From an uncultured virus (IMG/VR IMGVR_UViG_2061766007_000883) (lineage: Duplodnaviria > Heunggongvirae > Uroviricota > Caudoviricetes), in the IMG/VR virus record IMGVR_UViG_2061766007_000883: a DNA stretch of 59,394 nt; one strand, given 5' to 3'. Below the pieces are notes generated by a model, which saw only the letters and a program-made list of their open reading frames with translations, made no database searches and had not been told where the DNA came from. Positions 1 through 9,217 of the stretch are shown here, one piece after another. Position 1 is the first letter of the stretch. Every line of letters begins with the position of its first letter. Both the position numbers and the translations under genes were made by a program.

Positions 1-83
1 ACATGAAGGAACAGCTGGACAAGAAGGCGTCCGCCGAGGAGTCCAAGCCTGAGACGCTTAAGGAGCTCGACAATGCGAAGTGA
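1..83 (+). CDS. 3' end of a hypothetical protein (partial)
   Basis: Open frame MKEQLDKKASAEESKPETLKELDNAK ending at TGA 81-83, overlapping the next ATG. Confidence 0.5.
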   Translation, partial: MKEQLDKKASAEESKPETLKELDNAK

Positions 84-933
84 GCTGGCGACGGTCATAA
101 AGGCCGCGCTGATTATGACCCCGATGGCCGAAAGGTCGTCGGGGTTTGTTGTATCAAGGACGCGTGGCGTCGTCAGGCTGTGGCCAGATGGTGAGCGCGT
201 CATACCCGATGACACGGTGGCAGGTCATTTTCTTGTGCAATTGAAACTGGCTACAAACGACGACGCCCTCAACATGAACACAGAGGGGTATAGTCGTGTC
301 ATGCAGATATTGAGCTTGGGACCATCGTCCAACATTCTGGCGGTTCCGAGCAATCTTTGGACAAAGTTGCGCGTAATAGCGGGTAGCTACATGCCACGCG
401 GCACAGATACTTGGACGAGGCGCACACGGTTGTTTCAGGATGACCGCGTGGGGTCCACGTCGCTGTGCGGTTCGCCACGCCCGTTGATGTACAGGGCGCT
501 TATCAGCATGTTCAGCGGGGAGCAGATGCTGGACATCGCGTTCAACATGGACCTGAGGATGAGACCGCTGTGGGACAACCACGAAGGCATGCGTCTGTAC
601 ATCATACGGAATTTGTCGAACGACAAGTTCAGATTGCTGAACGACCGCCTGTTCACGACGGCAGGCTTTCTTTCCGAGAACATAACGGACGAGGTCATAC
701 GCCTGATGTCCAGGACGGATATCATCGCGGGTGACATGAGCCTTGGCATAGAAACATACAATGTAGGGCTTGAGAATAATAAGTACAAAGGAGAAGAACA
801 TGTCATCAATCAAGATCGGGCAGACGGGACTGAATCCGACAATACCCTTGTGTCCCTGTTGCGGGAAGCCGAAGAACATGATTGCCCTGCTAGGGAGTTC
901 TGGCGACAAGCTAGCCAAGTCGATGGGGCGTAG
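73..933 (+). CDS. hypothetical protein
   Basis: 286-aa ORF with AAGGAG upstream; no recognisable motif. Confidence 0.65.
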   Translation: MRSELATVIKAALIMTPMAERSSGFVVSRTRGVVRLWPDGERVIPDDTVAGHFLVQLKLATNDDALNMNTEGYSRVMQILSLGPSSNILAVPSNLWTKLRVIAGSYMPRGTDTWTRRTRLFQDDRVGSTSLCGSPRPLMYRALISMFSGEQMLDIAFNMDLRMRPLWDNHEGMRLYIIRNLSNDKFRLLNDRLFTTAGFLSENITDEVIRLMSRTDIIAGDMSLGIETYNVGLENNKYKGEEHVINQDRADGTESDNTLVSLLREAEEHDCPAREFWRQASQVDGA

Positions 934-1252
934 TGACGGGCACATGCCAATGTATACGCACATGCCTGGTGATTTTGTGCCGTGCGACGAGTGTCAGAAG
1001 CGCGGCGTATGCCTGTATGAAGTCGATGTGTATCCCATCAACGAGCATACAAAAACGACCGGACGGTTGTGGCTGCTGACGGATGATGGTCTACGCCGGC
1101 TGATGACTGGCGTCATAGACGCGGACGACAAGACGAAACAGAAGATTATCGACAACATGCTAAAGGCACGGTATGATTTCGTCCCGACGCAAATAGGCAA
1201 TATTATACAGCATGAATTTGAAGTGATGCAACAGCAGCAGCAAGGAGCGTAA
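800..1252 (+). CDS. phage hypothetical protein with two CxxC pairs (putative Zn-binding)
   Basis: AAGGAG RBS before ATG 800; GLNPTIPLCPCCGKPKN and PCDEC motifs. Confidence 0.75.
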   Translation: MSSIKIGQTGLNPTIPLCPCCGKPKNMIALLGSSGDKLAKSMGRSDGHMPMYTHMPGDFVPCDECQKRGVCLYEVDVYPINEHTKTTGRLWLLTDDGLRRLMTGVIDADDKTKQKIIDNMLKARYDFVPTQIGNIIQHEFEVMQQQQQGA

Positions 1253-1256
1253 CCGA

Positions 1257-1364
1257 ATGACGCATCTGATAGTGACAACGTTTAAGTTTCTAGTCGGCTT
1301 CATGGTCACGGTCGGCGTGCTTGGTGGCCCGTTCTCGCTGTTGCGCGCATGTGTACGTAAATAA
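1257..1364 (+). CDS. small hydrophobic protein (35 aa)
   Basis: AAGGAG upstream; MTHLIVTTFKFLVGFMVTVGVLGGPFSLLRACVRK fills the gap between genes. Confidence 0.5.
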   Translation: MTHLIVTTFKFLVGFMVTVGVLGGPFSLLRACVRK

Positions 1365-1378
1365 AAGGAAAGACAGAT

Positions 1379-1567
1379 ATGAGCAAAACACAAGGAAACA
1401 ATGACACGGCAGCGCACTACGGATTTTCTGTCCAGAAGCCGGGCGGCGCGGCACAGNNNNNNNNNNNNNNNNNNNNNNNNNNNNNNNNNNNNNGCCGACG
1501 GTTGCTGGAAGTCGCGCAGAAGCTGGAGCAGCAGGCGGCCGAACTACGCAAGATGGCCGAAGGCTAA
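1379..1567 (+). CDS. small hypothetical protein (contains N gap)
   Basis: AAGGA RBS; helical C-terminus. Confidence 0.55.
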   Translation: MSKTQGNNDTAAHYGFSVQKPGGAAQXXXXXXXXXXXXXRRLLEVAQKLEQQAAELRKMAEG

Positions 1568-1589
1568 TTCTATACTCGGAGTATAAAAT
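1568..1589. promoter_or_regulatory. palindromic site TATACT-CGG-AGTATA overlapping a -10-like TATAAAAT
   Basis: The 22-mer TTCTATACTCGGAGTATAAAAT is identical at 50156-50177; variant at 20627-20643. Confidence 0.65.
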
Positions 1590-2211
1590 GTCGCATTCCG
1601 CATGGCATAGGAGACGCATACCGGAATACAGGAAACCCAGGCAGGCGACACGTTTCCACAGTGAACGTGTGGTGCCGGACAAGGACAGGGTTTCCGCAAT
1701 TCTGGGACAGGTTGACGACGCCGTGCAGGAGAGCACCAGGGCGCTTGCAAGGGCGCTTGGGTGCGGACGTCGCACGGCATCTGCGCTCAAGGAAGGCAGG
1801 GCTCTGCCGAGTGCGATAGTGGACGAAGTGGAGCGCAACGTGTTCCACATGGAAGACGGCACCATGCGTGCCCGTATGCTTAGCATGCTGGGCTGGGACA
1901 GGAAGGCGGCGGCAAGTTTCATTGCGAGGATGCAGACGCTGGCGGAGCTTGTGCAGACGTACAGGAGCCAGCTGCCTGCGCCGAGCGACGATATGGCCGT
2001 CTACACCTTCCAGCCCAGGCTCATGGTCAAAGTGATGACGTTGGCCATCGAGCAGGCCTACTGGACGTTCGTCAGGCTTCATGACGAGTGTCCTGAGTTC
2101 GATAAGCTGGTGTTCGCAAAGGCACCAGGATTGCTACGGGAAGTGGAGGAGCTGCCAAAAGGGGTATGGGCTGTCAACTTGCAGCGTCTGAACCATTTAG
2201 GCAGTTTGTAA
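1588..2211 (+). CDS. putative HTH (XRE-like) DNA-binding protein
   Basis: STRALARALGCGRRTASALKEGRALPS resembles a Cro/C1 helix-turn-helix. Confidence 0.5.
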   Translation: MSHSAWHRRRIPEYRKPRQATRFHSERVVPDKDRVSAILGQVDDAVQESTRALARALGCGRRTASALKEGRALPSAIVDEVERNVFHMEDGTMRARMLSMLGWDRKAAASFIARMQTLAELVQTYRSQLPAPSDDMAVYTFQPRLMVKVMTLAIEQAYWTFVRLHDECPEFDKLVFAKAPGLLREVEELPKGVWAVNLQRLNHLGSL

Positions 2212-2310
2212 GCGGGTGCCGGAGGCCAGCTACGGGCAGTTTGACACACGGATTTAATTGCGTGTCGATGACCGTGGTCGGCACAGGAATTTTCAAACAG
2301 GAGTGTTCAT

Positions 2311-4875
2311 ATGAAAATCAGGAAAGACGGCGGACTTGTCGTGCCGTTTGATATCGACAAGATTAAGCAGGCAGTGTTCAAGGCATTGTCAGGCACGGGT
2401 TTGCCTTCGGAATCCTTGTCCGCGAAAGTGGCGGAAGACGTGGTCCGCATGCTGGGCACGGACAAGGAGATAGTGGATATCAAGGAAGTGCAGGACTGCG
2501 TGGAGAAAGCGCTCATGCGGCGAGACCTCGGAGACGCCTCCAAGGCGTACATCCTGTACCGAGACATGAGGAACGCGGCGCGTGAGCGTCTTCATGTCAT
2601 GTACCCAGGAAAATCCAAGCCGTCGGTTACAGACAGGAGCTTGCTGCTGTTCCAGTCCGATTCCAAGGGCGAGACTTCCAAATGGGACAGGACGCGCATC
2701 ATCGAGCGCCTGATGACGACGTTCGACATGCCGAACTACAAGGCGGCAGCCATCGCGAAGGAGGTCGAGGACAGGGTCATCGCCTCAGGCATCACGACGG
2801 TCACCAGCTCGCTTATACGGGAGCTTGTGAACAATATATTGGAAGCGAACGGCTGCGCAGGACGCCTGCAGGACATGACCATGTACCAGGTTCCGCGTGA
2901 ATTCATCGCGTCGCTTCTCAGGAGCAAGTCGAACGAGAACAGCAACATTGTGGCGAACAACCCGGAGGCCGTGAACCTGACGCTTGCCGAGTACATGCTC
3001 AAGCAATATGCGTTGGACGCAGTGTTCTCGGATGAAGTCAAGGCGGCGCACATCTCAGGCATGATATACGTGCATGACCTTGGCTATCCTCATCGTGTGT
3101 ATTGCAGTTCCCATTCCATCGAATACATAAAGAAGTACGGTTTGAGAAAGCTGAACAACCTGAATACGGAATCGAACCCGGCAAAGAGCGCCTCCGTGCT
3201 CACCGGTCATCTGAACACGTTCCTGGCGTCCATGCAGGCGAACTACGCAGGGGCGCTTGGGCTTGGGTACATCAACATCCTGTACGCGCCAATGCTCGTC
3301 GGCATGGACAGGAAGGCGTTGCACCAGGTGGCGCAGGAGCTTGTGTTCAATGGTTCGCAGAATGCGTTTTCACGCGGCGGCCAGACGTTGTTTTTGGATT
3401 TCAACATCCACACAGGCGTTCCGTCCTATCTGCGTGACGTGCCCGCCATCGGACCGGGCGGCAAGTATATGTTCCGCAAGGACGACGGCACAGTAATCCC
3501 GCTCAAGGAGGACGTGTGCGTGTCCGACGCAGACAACGAGTGGCTTCTCTATTACGACGGGGAAGACGGAAATCCTGTGCAGGTTCTCAGCGAGGAAGAC
3601 GGCAAGCAAACGTTCGGTAGCAATGTGGGCGGTAAAGTGCTGACCTACGGGGACTTCGAGAAGGAGGCCCAGCAGTTCGCCCATGCGCTGCTGGATGTGT
3701 GGTGCGAGGGAGACGCCAGGGGGCGCGTGTTCGAGTTCCCGAAGTGCGACTTCCACGTCAACAAGGACACGTTCGAGACGGAGGGCCAGCTGGACGTTCT
3801 GAAGCACGCCTGCAGGGTGGCCGCCATCAACGGTTCGCCGTACTTCGTGTTCGACCGCGACTCCGTCAGCATAGCGAGCTGCTGCCGACTCCGGGTCCAA
3901 ATCACCGACATGTCGTTGCTCAGGCATCCTGAAAGACTCCGCACATGCGGCGCCCAGAACGTCACCATCAACATACCGCAGGCCGCTTACCGTGCCGCGA
4001 AGAACGGCCATAAGGACTACGACGGCATCTGTGCGGAAATCGACAAGGCGATGGACCTGGCCGTGCAGGCGCATCTCCAGAAGAAGGCCAGCATCGAGTC
4101 CATGATGAAAGGCCCGGGCGACGTCCTGTGGCAACTGGGACAGCCAAGCTGCGACGGCAAGCCGTATCTTGACATGAACGACGCCACATACATCATAGGC
4201 CTCATCGGCGTGAACGATGCTGTCCAGTACCTGACTGGAAAGCAGATGCACGAATCCGACGAGGCCTTTGATTTGGCGTTGCGCATCACGAGCCACATGT
4301 TCTTGCGGACAAAGGAATATACGAAGCAGTACGGACTCCAGTTCAAGCTGGAGGAATCCCCTGCGGAGTCCGCCGCACGGCGTCTGGCCCGTTCCGACTT
4401 GCAGCGCTTCCGCGAGGACGCCCTGCAGGTGTACAAAGGCGGTGACGAGGAACACGCCTACTACACGAACTCCATCCATCTGGTGGCGAACGCGGACGTG
4501 GATTGCATCGAACGCATCGACAAGCAGTCCATGTTCAATTCACTCATCGAGGCAGGAGCCATCACGCATTTGTTCACGGGTGACAAGGCGAACGATCCAG
4601 GCGCTATCGAGGCGTTGGTGACGCAGGTGTACCTGCGGACACAGTGCGCCCAGCTGACGGTGAGCCCAGAGTTCACCTACTGCAATACCTGCGGGCACAA
4701 GTCTGCGGGCATCAAGGACAAGTGCGACCGCTGCGGGTCTACGAACGTCGTCGGTGAAACCCGTATCGTTGGATATTTCAGCAAAGTCCCAAGCTGGAAC
4801 CTCAGCAAGCAGGCTGAGCTTAAGGACAGGCAGCGTGGCAATTACGCCGTGCAGGCAATGGAGGACTTGAAATGA
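2311..4875 (+). CDS. nrdD: anaerobic (class III) ribonucleoside-triphosphate reductase with two N-terminal ATP-cone-like domains
   Basis: KIRKDG..VPFDIDKI ATP cone; YVHDL..YC; SCCRL finger loop; EESPAES; C-terminal CxxC/CxxC and glycyl-radical loop RIVGYF. Confidence 0.96.
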   Translation: MKIRKDGGLVVPFDIDKIKQAVFKALSGTGLPSESLSAKVAEDVVRMLGTDKEIVDIKEVQDCVEKALMRRDLGDASKAYILYRDMRNAARERLHVMYPGKSKPSVTDRSLLLFQSDSKGETSKWDRTRIIERLMTTFDMPNYKAAAIAKEVEDRVIASGITTVTSSLIRELVNNILEANGCAGRLQDMTMYQVPREFIASLLRSKSNENSNIVANNPEAVNLTLAEYMLKQYALDAVFSDEVKAAHISGMIYVHDLGYPHRVYCSSHSIEYIKKYGLRKLNNLNTESNPAKSASVLTGHLNTFLASMQANYAGALGLGYINILYAPMLVGMDRKALHQVAQELVFNGSQNAFSRGGQTLFLDFNIHTGVPSYLRDVPAIGPGGKYMFRKDDGTVIPLKEDVCVSDADNEWLLYYDGEDGNPVQVLSEEDGKQTFGSNVGGKVLTYGDFEKEAQQFAHALLDVWCEGDARGRVFEFPKCDFHVNKDTFETEGQLDVLKHACRVAAINGSPYFVFDRDSVSIASCCRLRVQITDMSLLRHPERLRTCGAQNVTINIPQAAYRAAKNGHKDYDGICAEIDKAMDLAVQAHLQKKASIESMMKGPGDVLWQLGQPSCDGKPYLDMNDATYIIGLIGVNDAVQYLTGKQMHESDEAFDLALRITSHMFLRTKEYTKQYGLQFKLEESPAESAARRLARSDLQRFREDALQVYKGGDEEHAYYTNSIHLVANADVDCIERIDKQSMFNSLIEAGAITHLFTGDKANDPGAIEALVTQVYLRTQCAQLTVSPEFTYCNTCGHKSAGIKDKCDRCGSTNVVGETRIVGYFSKVPSWNLSKQAELKDRQRGNYAVQAMEDLK

Positions 4876-5273
4876 TTATCCATGTGTTCGGCAAAGAGGG
4901 CTGCACGAAATGTGCAGCCATGAAACGGCGCGTGGCGCAACGGCTGGAGAAGCCTGAGTTCGCTCATTGCAGGATGGAGTACCACGATGTGCTGACCGAG
5001 GAAGGCCTGCTGGTGTTCTGCAAGGCGATGTGCCTGAACCCCAACAGGATTCCGGCGTTGCTTATATCGGACGACAACGGCAAGTACATTCGCAGAAAGG
5101 GAACGTGGTCTGACAAACCGGATTCGGTGCATCCTGAGCGCTACAAGTTCGCGATGGGTGCAACGTATCCGTATCTTGGAATCCAGACGGACTACGACGA
5201 AGGCGGCGGTCTCGTGAGGCCGGAAGCCATTGAACGGCTCATGGAGGAAGGGCAGCTGTATGAAATTGTATAA
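4872..5273 (+). CDS. thioredoxin/glutaredoxin-like (NrdH-like) redoxin
   Basis: N-terminal IHVFGKEGCTKC (CxxC) and an IP cis-Pro motif; ATGA overlap with nrdD. Confidence 0.75.
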   Translation: MIIHVFGKEGCTKCAAMKRRVAQRLEKPEFAHCRMEYHDVLTEEGLLVFCKAMCLNPNRIPALLISDDNGKYIRRKGTWSDKPDSVHPERYKFAMGATYPYLGIQTDYDEGGGLVRPEAIERLMEEGQLYEIV

Positions 5274-5571
5274 CGGCAACGGTATCTGGTTCGATGAGCA
5301 GGCTGACGGAAGGCTGTTCATCGGCATCACGGCGGAGGCCGACAAGGCCATGGCCGGGATAGCGTACGTGGAGTTCAGCGACGGCCATCTGGCGGTGGAG
5401 TCGGTGAAGACGGTGCACGAGGAGGACCTGCCCGTGAAGGGCGAGTCCTATGACGTGTCCGAGGCGTTCCAGCCAGGGCACTGGGACGAGGACAGGCCGT
5501 TGATTATATACGGGCCTGGATATGAGCTGGACAAGGCGTTCCTTACCGAGAAGGAGCCTTGCTTGGCCTAG
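5260..5571 (+). CDS. glycine cleavage H-protein-like lipoyl carrier (shortened)
   Basis: W..ADG..IGIT..A....YVE...AVESVK...PVKGE aligns with GcvH, including the lipoyl-lysine motif ESVK (K50, codon 5407-5409); internal deletion of about a dozen residues. Confidence 0.72.
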   Translation: MKLYNGNGIWFDEQADGRLFIGITAEADKAMAGIAYVEFSDGHLAVESVKTVHEEDLPVKGESYDVSEAFQPGHWDEDRPLIIYGPGYELDKAFLTEKEPCLA

Positions 5572-5588
5572 GAAGTCCGATGTATCGG

Positions 5589-5618
5589 AGGGCGCGCTCG
5601 AAAGGGCGCGCCCTTTTT
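5589..5618 (+). terminator. intrinsic terminator closing the nrdD-redoxin-GcvH-like unit
   Basis: AGGGCGCGCTC-GAAA-GGGCGCGCCCT followed by a T run. Confidence 0.85.
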
Positions 5619-5636
5619 GCGTCTACAGGAGAAAAC

Positions 5637-6080
5637 ATGGCAAAAAGAATCGAGCGAATTACGTGCTATATGACGTTCGAGGGGCCCGATCCACTGACGG
5701 AGTTCAATGAATTCCTGGCAGTGAACAGACTCAACAAGGACTTGGTAGTACGAAAGGAAACACAGACTACAACACGTGTCGTCAAACCCATCAAGCTGGT
5801 TGATGACACACCGGAAGGGCAGCTTGAGCTTGTGTTCCGCAAGGTGAACAAGCTGACAGCGTCCGAGATGGTTGAGCTTCCGGTGTTCACGCGCCGATGG
5901 GTGTTCGACATGCTGAACGGGCATCCAAGGGACGCCGCATCGTCCGTTGTCGGATCGTACATGGACATGCAGGACGTGAAGAACTGGACGGCGGCCGAAC
6001 GGGAGGAGCTGAACGAGGCTCTCATAAAGCTGAGACTGGCGAACAAGCAGAAAGCGAAACAGGAGAAACAGGAGAAGTAA
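5637..6080 (+). CDS. hypothetical protein
   Basis: AGGAG RBS, ATG 5637. Confidence 0.75.
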   Translation: MAKRIERITCYMTFEGPDPLTEFNEFLAVNRLNKDLVVRKETQTTTRVVKPIKLVDDTPEGQLELVFRKVNKLTASEMVELPVFTRRWVFDMLNGHPRDAASSVVGSYMDMQDVKNWTAAEREELNEALIKLRLANKQKAKQEKQEK

Positions 6081-6081
6081 C

Positions 6082-6714
6082 ATGGCATCGAACATCAGAA
6101 CATACGTGGCGAAGTTCAAACAGTTGTACGACAAGGTGACTGCGAATCTGTGGCAGTTGGCGGATATTTATGGCGAGTACGTGTCGGATGCGTGCGACGA
6201 TGACTCCAAGGAGGCATACGAGGCGTGCCGCAAGGAGTTCGTCAGCAAGGTGGACATCCCAGGGGTCACCGAGCAGTTCCTTGACGACCTTCTGCAGGTG
6301 CACCGCAAGCGGCTCATACCAGGCATCATCCTCTACGGGCACGGCTTGCTGCGACTTCGGCGGCTGAGCATGGACGACCAGAAGAAGCTGGTCAACGAGG
6401 GTGTGGAGTGCATCCGGGACGACGGCTACGCCTTCAAGAAGCGTCTTGTGGAGATGTCCAGCGACGAAGTCGTGCGTGTCGTGGCTCCGTTGGGCACTAT
6501 CCGCAACGCGACGCAACAGCAGGCGCTGGTTGCCAACAAGAAACGCATCCAGCAGCACCGTGCCGACATAGCGAACGCGGATGTCGGCTACGCCGTCCTG
6601 TTCCATGGTGTGAAGTTCAGCACTGGGCGCGTGTTCACCATCCGTACGCTTCGGCGCATCATCGAGGAATGGGAGACGACATGGGGTACCAAGAGCAGGA
6701 GGAGCGAGCAATGA
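6082..6714 (+). CDS. hypothetical protein
   Basis: 210-aa ORF with AGGAG RBS. Confidence 0.75.
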   Translation: MASNIRTYVAKFKQLYDKVTANLWQLADIYGEYVSDACDDDSKEAYEACRKEFVSKVDIPGVTEQFLDDLLQVHRKRLIPGIILYGHGLLRLRRLSMDDQKKLVNEGVECIRDDGYAFKKRLVEMSSDEVVRVVAPLGTIRNATQQQALVANKKRIQQHRADIANADVGYAVLFHGVKFSTGRVFTIRTLRRIIEEWETTWGTKSRRSEQ

Positions 6715-6953
6715 GCAATCCTGTCGTGGACATGACCATGCTGTTCAAACGCCTGCTGGAGTCGCGTCCGCAGACGAACGCCGAACAGAACGCCAACGTG
6801 CGTCAGTACGAGAAGAATTCACGTGACATCAGTTTCCTGCGCAAGCGCGAATATTCTGCGGCGTACATGCAGAAGTACAAGCAGATGAAGCGCGACGCGC
6901 AGGAGTCGACGAACGCCGCGAACATCGTGGCAGGAGGCGGCACAGATGTATAA
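6711..6953 (+). CDS. hypothetical protein
   Basis: ATGA overlap with upstream gene; GGAG RBS. Confidence 0.65.
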   Translation: MSNPVVDMTMLFKRLLESRPQTNAEQNANVRQYEKNSRDISFLRKREYSAAYMQKYKQMKRDAQESTNAANIVAGGGTDV

Positions 6954-7278
6954 GACTGGTGAAGAAGTGTATGATGAACTGAGCAAGATGACACCTGAAC
7001 AGCGCAAACGCCTGGTGTACCAGGCGGCGTGGACGGACAAGGACATCAGCAGCATCATCAACGACAAGCTCCAGACGGAGCAGCTCGACCCGGAGGTGAA
7101 GGCCGAGTATGAAGCGTTACTCAAGTATCCGGATGTGCTGGCAGGCATTGTCCAGTTGTGCTGCGAGCGTACGACCAAGTACGACGACCAGACGACCGAG
7201 AACATATTCGCCAGCATACGCGAGTATCTGGACGACGTCCTGCAGCATGCCAAGGATGGCGACCATTGTGTACGGTAG
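6946..7278 (+). CDS. hypothetical protein
   Basis: GGAGG RBS; overlapping start. Confidence 0.7.
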   Translation: MYKTGEEVYDELSKMTPEQRKRLVYQAAWTDKDISSIINDKLQTEQLDPEVKAEYEALLKYPDVLAGIVQLCCERTTKYDDQTTENIFASIREYLDDVLQHAKDGDHCVR

Positions 7279-7287
7279 GAGGCAGCC

Positions 7288-8394
7288 ATGAGGAAAATCA
7301 ACAAGCAATGTCCGCATTTCATTGTGGACTACAAGCATTCAGACAGCCATGTCGGACAAAGCGCTATAACGGATATGGACGGCTTTCCGTTGCCCGTTGT
7401 CATCAAGAGAGTACAGCCGACATACGATGCGGAAGGCGCGTCTGTTGTGTTCGAGGCGGAGACGGACAAGAAGCATTTCCGCAAGGAGTACGCAAAGCTC
7501 GTCGGTTTCGATTACCGCACGTATCCACGTCTGACACCGGAACACATGTGGCCGAACATGGCGGCGTACTTTCGGTGGAGCGAACCGCATATCGACATGA
7601 TGCGCAAGAACCTGGCCAAGGTGCTGGAGACGCATAAAGAGAGCAAGGCGCTACCGTCATCCGTCGCGGATACGGCGCGTACGCTTATGTCGGAGATGTG
7701 CGAGTCGTTGGACAAGGTGGCGATTGCCGTTGGCTCCCAGGACTGGGTCGAGGCGCAGAAGTGGCTGGATGACGGCTGGGAAGGTTACACAAATACGTTC
7801 AGGGAGCGTATCGACAAGCTGTTCCGTGACGTTGACTACATGGAATCGTTGTTCTGCATATCAACGTATGCGAAAGGCAGCGTCGTATGCGCTTTATACG
7901 ACCGTTTGAAGGCGAAGCGTGCGCATCACGACAAGAGCACGGCGGCATGGAACAAGCAGAAAATGATTGCAGGTCGTGCGTACCTGAAAAAGAAAGGTTT
8001 CGTTGAAACGAAGCCTGACAACGTGTTCGCGTTCGGGGGACAGCATGGCACAATATACGTGCGGCTGGATGCCAAAGGCGTATGGCATGCGTCGTATGTC
8101 GTGGACAACACGAAGGGCTCCGTCACGCTGCCGTTGCCGGATGCCGCAAAGCAGCCGTTCAGGATTCTCATCGGCCAGCATGTCATCATGCAGGCGCGCA
8201 ACCGTGCTTTGCAACCTGTGCTGATGGCGTTGTGCACCAAGTGCATCGGTGATAGAGACAAGTTCAATGTCAAATGGCAGTCCCTGTTCAGCGGCAAGCC
8301 GTCTGAATGCTATGGGATGGACATCGAAACAGTGTGGAATAAAATCAAAAACATGGAGGATACGTCATGGGAACCTAAATGGAGAAAGAAATGA
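7288..8394 (+). CDS. hypothetical protein (N-terminus related to 8391-9209)
   Basis: AGGAGG RBS; INK..P, DG.PLP..I and HMWPN motifs shared with the next gene. Confidence 0.75.
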   Translation: MRKINKQCPHFIVDYKHSDSHVGQSAITDMDGFPLPVVIKRVQPTYDAEGASVVFEAETDKKHFRKEYAKLVGFDYRTYPRLTPEHMWPNMAAYFRWSEPHIDMMRKNLAKVLETHKESKALPSSVADTARTLMSEMCESLDKVAIAVGSQDWVEAQKWLDDGWEGYTNTFRERIDKLFRDVDYMESLFCISTYAKGSVVCALYDRLKAKRAHHDKSTAAWNKQKMIAGRAYLKKKGFVETKPDNVFAFGGQHGTIYVRLDAKGVWHASYVVDNTKGSVTLPLPDAAKQPFRILIGQHVIMQARNRALQPVLMALCTKCIGDRDKFNVKWQSLFSGKPSECYGMDIETVWNKIKNMEDTSWEPKWRKK

Positions 8395-9209
8395 TTACAA
8401 TCAACAAGAAGAAACCGGAAATCAATGTCGGACGTTCAATCATCTACGTGGACGGGCAAGGCCTGCCGTATCATGGCGTCATTGTGGAGGCAAAGCCCGG
8501 CGACGGTTACGACCAGAACAACTGGCAAGTGGTCGTGGAGTATGCGTCCAGTTGCAAGATGGCACCCGGAGGCCTGTTGCTGATTGACCATCTGAAGCCT
8601 AGAACGGAAGACAACAAGCGGACGCTGCGTGTCGTGCGCCAGACATATTCGGAGCATTGCAGCAATCTGTGGCCGAACTTGAAGCAGTACCTGAACCACA
8701 TGCTTGTTGAATACATCCGGTACCTGGCGGCGAAAGGGCGTGCGCCGTCATATAATCATAAGCTGACGACCATGTTGCATAATACGTTCAAGATTGTCAG
8801 CAAGAAAGCCGAAATGTGGGATCGCCGCATGCGGCTTTGCAGCTCGAAAGCCATGGAGTGGTTCAAGGCCAACGGCATCGAGTATACAATCAACCCGGAA
8901 CGGCCTTCTGCGTGTCTCTATGCCAGCTATTCGTACAAGCGCCACATGGAGCATGCGCCAGTGGCCGGGCTGGAGCCTTTCGATGTCACGGTGTCCATGA
9001 TGTGGATACAGGACATGTCCAAAGGCTGGATGTGCTACGAAAGCGACTTGCGCAAAGGCTGGGGTTCCGACCCGATTGCGGCGCTCATAGCCGCTTGCGC
9101 CCGCATGGAGAAGGACACGCCAGACTTGAAAGGCGAAGCGGACATGCTGCGCGAGACGTTCAAGGTGTCCGAGTACAAGCCTGAGGATTGGCGCTTGCAT
9201 CAGGACTGA
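8391..9209 (+). CDS. hypothetical protein (N-terminus related to 7288-8394)
   Basis: ATGA overlap; INKKKP, DGQGLP and NLWPN motifs. Confidence 0.75.
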   Translation: MITINKKKPEINVGRSIIYVDGQGLPYHGVIVEAKPGDGYDQNNWQVVVEYASSCKMAPGGLLLIDHLKPRTEDNKRTLRVVRQTYSEHCSNLWPNLKQYLNHMLVEYIRYLAAKGRAPSYNHKLTTMLHNTFKIVSKKAEMWDRRMRLCSSKAMEWFKANGIEYTINPERPSACLYASYSYKRHMEHAPVAGLEPFDVTVSMMWIQDMSKGWMCYESDLRKGWGSDPIAALIAACARMEKDTPDLKGEADMLRETFKVSEYKPEDWRLHQD

Positions 9210-9217
9210 AGCCGACA

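Noticed and set aside
3465..3645. Intein or intron in nrdD
   Set aside because: The insertion is short and in frame, and lacks the N-terminal Cys/Ser plus C-terminal His-Asn and endonuclease motifs.
3370..4479. Long antisense or alternate-frame ORFs (also 24393-25499, 27328-28380, 39498-40580)
   Set aside because: Shadows of GC3-rich genuine genes; no RBS or motifs.
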